Below are positions 24,947 to 37,804 of a DNA stretch of 64,000 nucleotides, piece by piece. The notes beneath the pieces were generated by a model. The model did no database searches. It was not told where the DNA came from and saw only the letters and a program-made list of their open reading frames with translations. Source of the stretch: Camelus dromedarius. Taxonomy: Eukaryota. The stretch covers positions 106,456,001-106,520,000 of the forward strand of contig NC_087436.1 of assembly GCF_036321535.1 (NCBI RefSeq), written 5' to 3'. Each line of letters starts with the position of its first letter. Positions within the stretch are counted from its first letter, which is position 1. Both the position numbers and the translations under genes were made by a program.

Positions 24947-25349
24947 GTAAGCCTTACATTTCACCTGGACCTTTTGTGTGGGTGAGCATGTCTGTGAATT
25001 GTATATTAAACAATAGAGTGTATTCGCTAGGTGATTAATGAAATTAACAAAGAATGCAAACAACATTGGATAGGAAGTTTCTATAAATATTTTCAGTTGT
25101 TTATTTTTATTTTTTTTAAAAAGGAGACATTTATTGTGTGTCAGGCCTGGGCCAGCCCCTTTATGTATATTACTGATTTCGATCCACAAATAAACCTATT
25201 TCACATTAAGACACCAAAACTTGAAAAGGAGAAGAAATGAACATTTATTGGTCTCCCATTCAATAAACAGGCCAAGTGTATAAGTGGTTTTGGCTAATTT
25301 CACAGCGACTTCATGAGAATGGTGGCAGTTTGTTTTTTTTTTAATTTTT

Positions 25350-25445
25350 AAGATGAGAAAATAAGGTTCAGAGATATTAATTAACTTGCCCAAGATCACA
25401 GAGCTAGAAAGCAAGGAACAAAGATTTGAACCCAGGTTTCCTAAT
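25350..25445 (-). mobile_element. MIR core relic
   Basis: AGATGAGAAAATAAGGTTCAGAGA..TAACTTGCCCAAGATCACAGAGCTAG..GATTTGAACCCAGG. Confidence 0.7.
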
Positions 25446-27049
25446 GATCAATGCTTCACATGAAGTATTTCCTCTCTCTCCATTATACTTAACCGTATAA
25501 TGCCCTCCTATATATGTTACTATTTTTATACCTTTTCAGCAAAAGGAGAAAGATGAAAATGTACCCATTCACCAAAACAAAATGTCCTTAACTTTTTTTT
25601 AACAAGAACAATTTTCTTCACCATTGGGACCTCTGAACTCATTTGGCCAGTCTTCCTTCATGTTCTGAAGAGGAAGAAGCTTTAAAACTTGAACTAACCC
25701 CTAAGAAACTTACTAATCCAAAAAGTTCCTGGGTAGACTTCTGAGTTGAGTGCAGACGGCACCTTTGCACTAAGTGCTCGGGTTTCGGTACTTGAACCCC
25801 ACCAGGAAGTGAATCTGAGGATGTCTGAACAAGGAGTTTCCTGGCTCTGGCCATTGCTGATAAGGGAAAAGGAACAGTAAGTTAAACAAGATGCTCTCAA
25901 CCAGAACTGTGGTGCCTACACGCACCGTGGTCATTGTCACTAAGTTTAATTTCACACTTTGAGTTTGCTAAATTACCTCCTTATGAAAGGTCTATTGCCT
26001 GATTGCATGATTTGGTCAAGCAGCAGAGCAGTTAATTTCATGGTATTTATATATATTTTGTGTGTGTGTGCACATATATAAATATATTATTCTATACATA
26101 GACACACATGTATTCACTTATAAAGCATATACATAGTATCATTCTTAAATAAATTACAATTGCATGTGTGATTACAAGCAACTTTTGTGTGTATTTATTA
26201 GGTGCAGTAGAGGCTTTCTTAGCTGATCAGTGAGTGAGAGCTTAGATTTATCTAAAAAGTTGATTGACGTATACACAGTTTTGTCCTTTTCCTTTGCTTA
26301 AAACATAAATATACATTCAAATATAAAACTTTTGGCATAAGACAGAGACCTTTGCCGTGAACTTAAATTTGCTAACTGGGAATCCGTTCATCTTCCTGGC
26401 ACATCCTGCACTAGTAATGCTTCAGAGATGGTAGCCACTTCTCCTTTCTTGCTTTCTGAAGGAAAAGAATTAAGGATATTTGTGTGGTAGGCTGAGTGAA
26501 GAATCATTCTAGATTTTTATTTTTTTTTACATAAATCATAATCATAATTCCCCATGTTCTCCCAGTATTTTCTGATACCACCCTGTAATTTGATAGCCCT
26601 TCTTTTAATGACATACCTTTATTGGGTCTTTTTAGAGAAACAACTTTTCTTACTCATATCTCATTCATTCACATCATATTTTATTATCTTACATAATTTC
26701 AGTCACCAGTATGATGGACATTAATGGATTTGGGAAAACACACTACCTTGACACACAATAAGAACGCAGCTGAAAGGAATCTGTTAACTCCGAGTATTCA
26801 GAATGCCGGTGGGTGTGAGTAACTGTATTTTAGACAGGATTGAGAAAGCTTCCACTGTATATACCAATACCAAGCTTTCCATTAGAGAAACATTTTTTTT
26901 TAAATTTTTCCCTGATTGTAAATAATATAAACTTACTATTAAAAATATCAAAAATACAAACTAGAGGAAAAAATTGTTCATCATTCTACATTGTTTTCTG
27001 TGGATATTTTTACATCTGTGATCATTTTGTATACATGGAACGTTGCATC

Positions 27050-27520
27050 CTGATTTTTCAATTAATGTTTTAATAAGGAAGTTTTACATCATCACAGACC
27101 TTTTATTATCAGGCTCTTAGCTTGCTGTGTAGCAGTAGTTTGAGTAGGTACATCAAACTTTATCAACATTTATTGAATTATTCTTTTACTGTTATATATT
27201 TAGGTTGTTTTCAAGGGTTAGTATTTGGAAATAGCACTGCAGTGGGAACCTTTGTTGGTGAATTTTTATACTTCTCAAAATAAATTCCTAGTAGTTGTTT
27301 AAACTGACTATAAGGATATAAATATCTTGGGGGGCTTCTGATACACATTGCCACATTACTTTCCAAAAGAGGCATTTCCATTTATCACCCTGTGAGCCCT
27401 ATGTCTATATATTTGCTTTATTACATCCTTGCCAGCATTGAATATATTTGTTTTTAAAATGTGCTGCTAATTTATTAAAATATCATTTAATTTGCATTTC
27501 TACTATTGGTGAAATTATTG
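27050..27520 (-). mobile_element. Old L1 (L1M-type) 3' fragment
   Basis: Antisense L1 motifs TTGCCACATTACTTTCCAAAA, CATCCTTGCCAGCATTG and TTTAATTTGCATTTC; boundaries approximate. Confidence 0.55.
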
Positions 27521-28869
27521 TGTTACCAAAAAAGCACTTATTTTTATTTTCTTTTTGTCAGAAGTTTTAATACTTCTTTTATTGATAGACACCTAATTTT
27601 AAATAAATTAGTTATAAATTTGAAAGGCCAGTAAAGGTTTAATGAAGAAGTTTTTTAAAAAACCACTTAAAATCCTTAAAAATATATGCAGTGGATTTCT
27701 TTCTGTCGGTGAACCAGAATTCAGCGTACTCATTCAAATCTCTTTTTTTTCAGTGCTTTGAAAGATTGTTGAGTAGAGTGGAAATCAGTTTACCAACATA
27801 TTTTTAATACGTGCTCTATGCTTGCAATGTGATAGGTCTTGGGATTGTAACAGCAAATGTAAGACATAGAGACTAAGTGTGCAAAGTATGGAGTATCATA
27901 CTTGGCTCACAGTAGGTGCTGTTTATGTTCTTGTGTTTAAGATTTGGGCTTATAGTCAGTTGGGAAAATCATACGTATTGTACACAAGTAACATGAAAGG
28001 AAAATATTGTTTATTATTTATCATGTTTTGCTACCTCCTAAGGAATGTGGGTCCAGAGGTTGCTTTTTCATTTGTTAAGCACGGTAGTATTCAGAGTGCA
28101 GATGCAAATTAGGCAAGCAGATGTGTGGTCAAATTGCATTACATACAAAATAATTTAGAGCTGCAGGAGATTTAAGAGATGAAGAAGACTTGGAGGTTGT
28201 AGAAGGGGGCTGGAGGGACAAGTTTGAAACCTGCCTGCAGGGGGCGGTGGGGGGAGGACAGGGTTTTGTTTTGTTTAGTTTTGTTTTCTTTGATAGCTGT
28301 ATTGTGGGTTTGAAATGCTAGACAGTGAGTAATGTTCACAACCTCTATCTCCACTAAACATCTTTAGTAAAATTTTTCATGTAGTCGTGTTTGGAGGATG
28401 TGACAAACACTGTGCCTCAAGAAAATCACCAAAGGGAAGAAAAGAAGTTATCAAAGGGAACACTGTAACATAGCTTCACATTAAATACCTCGAGTGTGCA
28501 AAAGTTTGAAAAGCATTGTGAAGACAGCTCAGGACTGAGAGAAGCATTAAGGCGATACCATTATGCAGTGAATGACAGAGCTGGTTTCTGAGAAGGCGTT
28601 TGGAGGAAATTGAGCTCTCCACTGACTTGGGGAGCCTTAAGGGAGAAAAGTGTTTGCATCAGATTTTCAAGCGTGTAGGTGGAAAGGGGAGAAGATAGCG
28701 GTGGAACAGAAGATACTAAAGTATATGTGGAAACATAAAACTGCCAGTATTCAACATTTTTGACATACCAAAAAAAAGGCAATTTCATGTGGTTCAGTCT
28801 GAACCAGTATATTTTGTAAGCTGCAAAGCTCCAAATAAAAGCAGTCAATTATGATTTCTAAAAATCAGA

Positions 28870-29120
28870 CAGCGTAGTTGAGTGAAGCTGGACAAAATTT
28901 GGCTCTGATGTTGGACAGACCCAAGTTCAAATTCTGGATCTACTTTCCTTTAGCTTTATGACCTTTGGTCAATTTAATTAAATTCTGTGAGACTCAGGAT
29001 GCCCATGTAGCAAATGATGCTAATGACAGTACCTACATCTCACTGAGTCACTGTGAGAATTGAATGAGCTCAAACACGAACAAAGCTGAGTCCAGTGCCA
29101 GCATATGTAAGTGTTCAATC
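28870..29120 (+). mobile_element. MIR SINE relic
   Basis: GGCTCTG..CAGACCCAAGTTCAAATTCTGG..TGACCTTTGG..GTACCTACATC..GTGAGAATTGAATGAG. Confidence 0.7.
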
Positions 29121-30111
29121 GATTTGGTTGATTACTAATCCTATGTTAAATTCACCTGCAGATGTCATTGTTCCTTGCTACTCATTGGTTCGATTTTTGA
29201 CTACCTTTACCTGTTTCCTTTTATTGGCCTTCATGCTCTCTCCTCTTTGGCACTCTCATATGTGAAGTTATGTATTCTTTTTGTGGTCAGGTACCCCATG
29301 CTTTAGGTGTGGGTGTGGGATTTGCCAAATCAAAGTAGGAAAATCTCCTCTTGGATATTCTCTTAACAACAGATACTTCTGCTGTCACTGCAAATCCTGG
29401 AGGTTAGACACTCCCTAGTAGGCACTTCACATGTATTATTTTTTTCGACTCTCTGCCCATTTAATTGTTGAGGAAAAAGCAATATGTTGATTCTAGGTCT
29501 GTGGTGGACCCTGGGTTCAAGGCTGGTCTGTCTGACTAGAGATGATGTCTTTTTCCTGAAGCCTGAATTTTAAAGATAGTAGTGGGCATCTGTTATGTTA
29601 AATTTTAGGTTTGATTTCACTTGCCAAGTGTCATTGATTGGTATCGGCTGCCAGAAGCATTGTGTTGAGAAGGATTCTAAGGCCAAGTCTGTACTCAGTG
29701 GGAGTGTCATGATCGATTAGTGATGTCTGCCACAGGTGCAGCAGGAGGGTAGATGGGGTGGAGACAGCATTCATGTTGTTGATTTGTTGATCCTTGGTGT
29801 ACACCCTTGATGTGTTTAGTTGGGACTGAGGAAATGGATCAAGCTATTTCCCAGGCCTTTCTGGTGTCTTCTTTTTCTTTACTCTCACAAATTTTAGTGA
29901 GATTTTTCCAAACCTTTAAGTGAAAATGCAAAGAGTCAACAAAATTCTAAGACCTCCAGAATCAGCCCTCTGCCCCATCTGCAGCGTCTTTGGGAAACAG
30001 GAGGGGTGAGATAGGAAGTTTGCTTTATTAGGTATCACCAGATGGTCTGACTTTGTGATTGTCCTAAACTAGCTCATTTTGGCTGATAAAAAAAACGCTT
30101 CTCTTTTACAG

Positions 30112-30140
30112 GTGTAAAAACTAATTTGATTTCAAAATAG
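30112..30140 (+). CDS. PPARGC1A: Alternative exon 8a, coding part (G-VKTNLISK*); 3' end of the exon not determinable
   Basis: cttctcttttacag|GTGTAAAAACTAATTTGATTTCAAAATAG is in phase with exon 7; the peptide matches my recollection of human isoform 8a. Confidence 0.75.
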
Positions 30141-33100
30141 CTGTTAGTAAAGCAAGATGAGAGGAAAGAGAATGCTCTTTTGGCAGAAGGCATTTAAATC
30201 TATTGCATATGGAGAGTTGCAGAGTGCTAGACTTTTTGTTACTGAAATGGGAATGGCAAAGCAGTGTCAGCTCAACAACATGATGGTTTTAACTGCAGGA
30301 CATGGAGGGATTTAGTTAGGGACCAAAGTGACTGACAGCCATATTTTATTTACATATGTGTGTGTATGTATATATGTATACATATTTATGTGTATTTTAT
30401 GTAAATGTTTTATTGTTACTACTATAAAGGTAATAAGAAACAATATAATTATTTTACAGCTAGTTAAGAAAATGAGAAAAACGGAATAATCAGCAGTCTC
30501 TTCACCCTAACACCCTGCCTTAGCAGTGTTTTCCTCCACTGAGATGTACGTTTCCCCTTGATTATCATGATGGCAGAATTCTGATTTTTTGGTGTCATTT
30601 GTCTTTCACTCAATGTCTTCCCTTGGTTTAAACTGGCAGTCACTCAAAGTGCACTTCAGTAGACTTGCACTTAAAAAAACCCACTCATTAACCAATCAAT
30701 GAGTAATTTCTTATTCTTTTATGTGGAGTTTTAGATTGTCTTTTTTGGACTTCCCATTTAAAAGTTCATTTTGCTGGCTAGAATATTGACAAACAGCATA
30801 AATTTGCTGTACCCTTTTGCCATAGACGTCTTTTGGATGTGACTTATCTGTAGAGAAATAGACCAAAGCAAAATGTAAGCAATAGTTGGTAGTTTTAAAG
30901 GAAAACCACAGCGACAGAGAACTGGAAAGTGATTTTGACAGGTCATATAATCCATTCCTGTGCCTGAAGATGCCAAGAAAGGGAGGCCCGACAAATTCCT
31001 TTTATAGCCCATTCCAATGTTTGGCAACTCATACTGACAGGAATTTCTTCCATATTTCAAGCATCTCCTTCATTTTTTTTTTTAGTTTTTAATCTCATTC
31101 TTCTCTCCCCAGCATCTGAAAAGTTCTTCAGTTTTCTTTTCTGGAAATGGTACTATCCAATTTCTTTTAAGCCAAAGATAGTAAAGTGATACGCTTACCC
31201 ACATCAGCCTCAGGGGTTTGGTGGGAGACACCTGCAAAGACCGACTCCTCCCTCTCCCACCCGGACCCCCTCTCCTGCCCCAGGTCTGTGGCAAAGTGCC
31301 TGAGGGCCAGTTTATATTATCTTCCGCTTCCATGAGCAAGAGTTGGGGAATTAGACATGTGTCATAGGAATGTTCTGAAGCTTTTCTGTAAGGCCAGTGT
31401 GTTCCCCAGTAATCCGGGGTGATGTAGGACATACTTAAAAGGGAGTAAAGACAGGGTCTCCATCTGTCAGACTGGACATGCCAGCTTGGGTACCAGAATG
31501 GGGTGGGAGGCCCTTCTGTACCAGGTGTGAACACCTTGGTTGCTAGCTCTTGTGGAGATCCAGGGAGTCTGGGGGAAGTTAGGGGTGAAGAGAGGGCCCT
31601 GGAGGAGCTTTTATCAAGAAAATATTTTAACAACTGATGTAGCAGTAACAGTTCCTATGGACTATCAGCCCTTCCTGTGTTCTCTTGACATCCACTCCAA
31701 GTTCTTGAGGACTAAAATATGTGCGTGGAACTCAAGTCACAGTCTCCCAAGTCTGCCCAGTCCCTCCTTTTTTGGTGGGTTTTTAAAGCAAATCAGAAGC
31801 ACATCTTCTCATTATTTTTCCTTAAGAAATATTGGAATTGGCATGCGAACCAAGAAGAATCCCACTGTCAAACTCCAAAGCGAGTCACAGATTTAGCGGT
31901 GGATTCTGTCAAATGTAAACAGGAAAATTGTGTAAACTACTGAAAAGAAAAAAGCCTTGCTGAAATCACTGGGTGAAGAGCGGAACACAAAACACTGAGC
32001 AGAGGACTCCCCATTTATCAGAGTCATTCAATTAAGCAAAGAAACCCAACAAGAGAACTCCTCAAAGGAAATCGTTTTATAGCACGTAATGAAAAACAAA
32101 AGAAAACAAAACTTGTCTCTGACTTTTTTTTTTTTTTTTTTTTTGGAAAAAAAAAGGGGCTGTTGAAAAAGATAACTGTGGAGTGTGTCCCACTTCCCCC
32201 AGATTTGCTGTGCAGAAGTGCGTAAGTGTAAGTGATGTAGAGGTACTTGTTTATTATAGAGCACATTTCAATGCAGTAATCATAAATATTGCTAAGGTTG
32301 TGCTCTGTTGAAATATGACCTACATACTCTTGATTGTTTGTGTTACGTGATTTGTCTGACACCCATTACATTCTGGGTAATAGCAGCCATTTGTTGCTCT
32401 GCACAGCAGGCTCTTTTGACAAAAGAAAATAGGCAGCAATAAAAAAGCTATAGTCTGAATTACATTCTGCACAGTGCTGCACTGCTGAGAGTTTGTGCAA
32501 GTGTGTTAACAATGTTCTGAACTGCCTCTTGTCAGCCTTCAGCCTGTAATGGCCATCTGTCCTCACATAAATCTGTCAAAACCTGCTAAGTTCAAGAGAG
32601 AGCATGGAATATACCTGGTACTGTCAACACCAAAATGTACACATTCCCCAGAAAATCAACACACAGGAAAGAATCCGGAGGTTATGGGAGGCATTAGCAC
32701 TGTTGATTTAGGCTTGTGGGATGAAATTGAGAGTCTGGCGATTAGTAGGAAGATGAGCCAGGGTAGTGGCGCTGAGGCGTTGAGTACTGGCTGCCCTCCG
32801 CCCACCGGGGAAGAGATTCTGGGTCGGGGAGATGGGGTGAGAGAAATCCACTTAGTTCAGTTGTGCAGTCAGGGGTTCCCTGTTGCAGCCTCAGCAACTG
32901 AAAGTTGGACATTGTGTTGAAAGGAAAAAAAAAAAAGTGCTTCTTGTACTTCATTTTGCTCTGAGTCTCAACTCAATCTGGAAATAGATTTTCAATTAGG
33001 CGCTGGTGGTAGGAAGTTTTGGGATACTTGAGATTTCTCAGTCTTGCTCTAGGGTATTCTTGGATAAAAGGAGTTTCTGTAAACAGTAAAAAAGTTCAGG

Positions 33101-34352
33101 GAAAGATCTGAATCAGTTTTCCCTACCCACCTACTCTCGGACCCTAGAATAAGTTCCCTCTACTAAGCGAGTGTTGTTGGTTGTTTTCACCAGCCTTGCC
33201 GACAGAAAGGTGCAGCCCTGATGGTTTCACTCACCGGGTGTACTTGGTTATCTCAGAGTGTTCCTGTAAATTTTAAGCAGATAGGCAAGAAAGTGTACCT
33301 ACTGCAAATTTTAAACAATTATCTCTTTATTGAAAAGAATGAGGGAGTCCTGAGAGCTGAGTCCCTGAAATGCCAGCGTACGGTGGAATATTCAGCACAT
33401 AGTAGTTGCTCAGCAAATGTCTGTTTAATTGCCACAGGCCATCTAATAAGTGAAAGAAGTGAAAGACTTTGTTTTTCACTCCAAGAAACTACAATCAGAG
33501 TGGGTGTCGGCGCTTCCAAGAGCAGCTTGAGAACTAGTTATTTAAGCGATAATGAGCTTAGGTTCTAAGGACAAGGGTTTCGAATGTTCAAGACTAAAAA
33601 GAATTTCTATATTTAAAATCCCTAGATAGCTGAGCTATTTTTAGAACTAGTCTCTCTTTAATAGTGGCCTAATTTGGTGTTTCTGAAGTTTAGAGTTTCT
33701 TTTTATAAGTCTAGAATGTCAGTCAAAATACATATACCTGAGATCAAGGCAGGGGACCTCATAACACGACAGGACAGTGGCTCTCCGTATGTGGTCTGTG
33801 AACTTTGTCATTAAAAATATTTGACCACCTTCCCAAGTGACCCCTGGGCCACCGAAATGGGAGACTCACAAGTAAAGGAGGATCCAGAAAAATCAAAAGG
33901 AGTGAAAAATTTTGCAAAAAGCGTGGCCCAAGCAACATTCCACTAAGAGTTTCTAATCTGTTTGGAGAGACAAGATACAATTCACATTCAAAAAGAGATA
34001 AGCAGGAAAACGTAGCAATATCTGATGAGCATCAGGTGAGTGATCCTGGCAGTAAATTATTGGAAAAGTAAAAATTGCCCTAATTCAGAGTATCAGGAAA
34101 AGAGTCAGTTGCATTTGAGGAGGTTGAATGTCATTTTCCCCAACTCAGAGGCTATGTCATTTGGAGTATTTGACTTATTTACTCATTAAAGAGAGGTTAT
34201 TCATCATTGTTTCTACGAGCATCTTAGCTTCCTGTGAGAAATGTTTGAGAGCTTGTCATTTGCTTGCTGAGAATTAGTATCTTTAAATTTGGTGTAGTGG
34301 TCATTGAAGGTAGCGTGTGGTAGAAATCAGTGTGAATGCACGGGGCAGTGCA

Positions 34353-34475
34353 AAAAGTGAAGGAAACAAGGAGAGAGAAATAAGGGAAAGAAAGAGAAAG
34401 AGCCAGAGTTGAGGGGAGGAGGGAGAGGAGGAGGAGGAGGGACAGACGGAGGGGAAGGGGAGGGGGGAGGGGAGA
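34353..34475 (+). repeat. Polypurine (GA/GGA-rich) tract with a G4 motif at 34451-34472
   Basis: GGGGAAGGGGAGGGGGGAGGGG, preceded by (GGA)n. Confidence 0.85.
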
Positions 34476-36323
34476 TTGGCCATGTAGGGATTTCTTAGGT
34501 TGAGTGGAAGTTACACTTGTCTGTGAACGATGGAGCACAGGATGAGTGGGCTTTGTTGATAGCGATGACTCATCCAGTAATGTCTCTCCTCCCAGCCACC
34601 CCCCTGCCCCTGTTATCTTCGAGCCAAGAGTGGAGGGTAGGCAAACAGTAGGCTGATAATAAAGGGAAGCTTTCCTGAGACTCGGATGTGGCACTAAGGG
34701 AGAGCAGTGTCCTCTTCTCTTTGTGTTTGCATGTCCCTGTCATTCTAAACTTTCCTGCGATAGATTTCTAAAAGTCAAAAAAAGCTTTGCATTTTTGGAC
34801 ATTTTCTTCCCTTATTTAGGGAGAATTAACTGTGCATAATAAACTTTGCCAAATGCAGGTGCAAAATCTTTCAAGTTAAGGAAAATATTCATTTCTTCTA
34901 TCTCTTTATTGTAAAGTGGGGGAGAGAGGCAGTGTCTTTGTGTTCATACCAAAATTTCTTGTGGCTTTCTGTGACCTACTTGGTTCTTGATAAATATATA
35001 TACTTTTTTTTTTCGCCCAGCAAGGTAAGATTTCTCTGCCTCGCCTTGAAATATGCAGTTGCCTTAAGTCTAACCCCAGGCTTGTTAGCAGACTTGAAGT
35101 TCTTTTTTTTTGCTGAATAGCATTCACCCATTCTCCTAAATAAAAAGTGTATTGTAAACTAAAATGTTCCCTTGTAAGCATAAAGTTATTTGAACTCCAG
35201 CCTGCCCTTCTTCAAAGTTCCCTGACTCTGGAGTCATTCCACAATTCTTCTTCCTCGGCACAAAGGGATGAGAAGGACTCACTCGGGGATGAAACTGAAC
35301 AGAGGCAACCAGCCTTCACAGGCTTCCCCATCGTGACTTCTGATGGAATTGTCTGCCCTTCTGTAGAAAGGCAACAACTGCCAGGTTTTGCTTGGTTTTG
35401 TTTTTTCCCTTCTTCCTTTAGTTTTTCATTTCTTTAATTAGTTATTTGCGAAAAGCTTGGATTCCTTTTAATCCCGATGTGCTGCTCCAAATAAAATGGT
35501 CCGCTGGCACTGCAGTATTTAGTGTTACTGTTCTCTTAGGTTTCTGTTGCAGAATCATATTTTAGACAGAATGTATTAGTTATGCTTACAAGAATGTATT
35601 ATACCTACATTAGCCACGGTTTACTAAGTTAATGAACTGTGGAGACAAAGAATCATTGCCGTCAGGTTGGAGAGTTGTCTGGTGCCCTGCGCTCGCCTGC
35701 TGGATTTTACCAAACTTACTTTGAAGTTGCCCGTGTCATTCCCACCCTGCCGGCATTTGCAGTCATCCCTTCCTTTTTTTTTTTTTTTTTTTTTTTAAAG
35801 TCGCCTCATTCTTTGGCTGCGTGGGTAGATATCCTTGATGGTACAAAAAGTCCTGACCCACATGCATCCTCCCCAGCGTTCTTTGCAGACAAATGCTACC
35901 AAAGCTATTCTATGATTCCCCTGAGTCCTGCCACGTTAATTTTCCATAACACAAACTGTAAAATGCCCTTGAAAATCTGAGCTTTGGTGCTGTGGAGGCC
36001 GGTGGTGACACATCCGTGTTCTCTGGGAAGCCGGGTCTATTAGCATTGGTGCTTGAAATACAAAATATCGCGGCTTCCAGTGCTGCCTTGCATTGTGGAT
36101 CCATCTTTTCTTGGTGCCAGAGGCTCTGGGGGACAGAGTCACTTTTTCAGGTATTGTCATGAATTTAGTTTCCTTCTCTTTTCCCTGAGTTTTAATCATT
36201 GTCTGAAACCTTGGAAAAATTAGGAAAACAGATTCTGGAGCTTAACAGCATTATCCCTGTCTCTTTTCTCTTTTTCTCTCCCTTTTTTTTTTTTTTTTTT
36301 TTTTTTTCCTGTTCTTACCTCAG

Positions 36324-37239
36324 GTCTAACTCCACCCACAACTCCTCCTCATAAAGCCAACCAAGATAACCCTTTTAGGGCTTCTCCAAAGCTGAAGCCC
36401 TCTTGCAAGACTGTGGTACCTCCGCCATCAAAGAAGCCCCGGTACAGTGAGTCTTCTGGTACCCAAGGCAATAACCCCACCAAGAAAGGGCCGGAGCAGT
36501 CGGAGTTGTACGCACAGCTCAGCAAGACCTCAGTGCTCACCAGTGGACACGAGGAAAGGAAGGCCAGGCGGCCCAGTCTGCGGCTGTTTGGTGACCATGA
36601 CTATTGTCAGTCAATTAATTCCAAAACGGAAATACTTATTAATATATCACAGGAGCTCCAAGACTCTAGACAACTAGAATACAAAGATGCTTCCTCCGAC
36701 TGGCAGGGGCAGATGTGCCCTTCCACAGATTCAGACCAGTGCTACCTGAGAGAGACTTCGGAGGCGAGCAGGCAGGTCTCTCCCGGCAGCACCAGAAAAC
36801 AGCTCCAAGACCAGGAAATCCGAGCTGAGCTGAACAAGCATTTCGGCCATCCCAGTCGAGCTGTTTTTGACGACGAAGCAGACAAGACCAGTGAACTGAG
36901 GGACAGCGATTTCAGTAATGAACAATTCTCCAAACTACCTATGTTTATAAATTCAGGACTAGCCATGGATGGCCTGTTTGATGACAGCGAAGATGAAAGT
37001 GATAAACTGAACTCCCCATGGGATGGCGCGCAACCCTATTCGTTGTTCGATGTGTCGCCTTCTTGCTCTTCTTTTAACTCTCCGTGTAGAGATTCCGTGT
37101 CACCACCCAAATCCTTATTTTCTCAAAGACCCCAGAGGATGCGCTCTCCTTCAAGGTCCTTTTCTCGACGCAGGTCGTGTTCCCGATCACCATATTCCAG
37201 GTCAAGATCAAGGTCCCCAGGCAGTAGATCCTCTTCAAG
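36324..37239 (+). CDS. PPARGC1A: PGC-1alpha exon 8 (T295/T299 degron, DHDY HCF-binding motif at 36593-36604, start of RS domain)
   Basis: cctcag|GTCTAACTCCACCC...TCAAG|gtaaac; 916 nt; overlaps supplied ORF 36413-37243. Confidence 0.98.
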
Positions 37240-37804
37240 GTAAACCTTGTCAAAACCCACCCAAAGCCTAAGGAGTCCCCAGGAAGTCAAAAAAAAAAAA
37301 AAAAAAAAAAAAAAGCTTTCAAAATCCACAGGCAGCCCAGCCCCTGACCACCACATTCTTGGTGCAGCTGGATCTAACAAGATTGTTGTTACACATTCAC
37401 TCCTCCCTATCTTCTCCTAAATCTGTCATCCTTGAGCACAGTGCCTTGAGCCAGTCAGATCAGAGAGAGCAATTTGTAAGAAACTTGCTCATCTAACTTT
37501 TTCCATTACCTGGAGAGCTGCCCCGGGCCAGGGTAGTTGAGGTCCATGCAAGATAAAGCTGGCAGTGTACCAGACTGGCGTTCGGCGTTCACGTCAACGA
37601 GAGACGCTGGAAGAGAACACATCACTCCCAGACCTCTAAGCTGACTAGGTGATCACTAAGTGTCACTGGGAAATCTCCCTAGTAGCTGGGAAGCCAAAGC
37701 CGGCTTCTTTAACAAGAAGTTCCAGGGGATGTTCCGTCGTGCCCTTAAACTGGGGTTAACCGGCAGTGGCAAATGCCTTTTTTTGTCCCCCCCCCCCCCC
37801 CCAG

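Noticed and set aside
31082..31896. 183-aa (-) and 118-aa (+) ORFs in intron 7
   Set aside because: No recognisable domain or exon structure; consistent with chance ORFs in a locally GC-richer stretch.
37240..37315. Exon 8 read-through stop (AG|GTAA) followed by an A-run, as a terminal exon
   Set aside because: The stop is just the donor consensus, and the genomic A-run has no upstream AATAAA; it would cause oligo-dT internal-priming artefacts.
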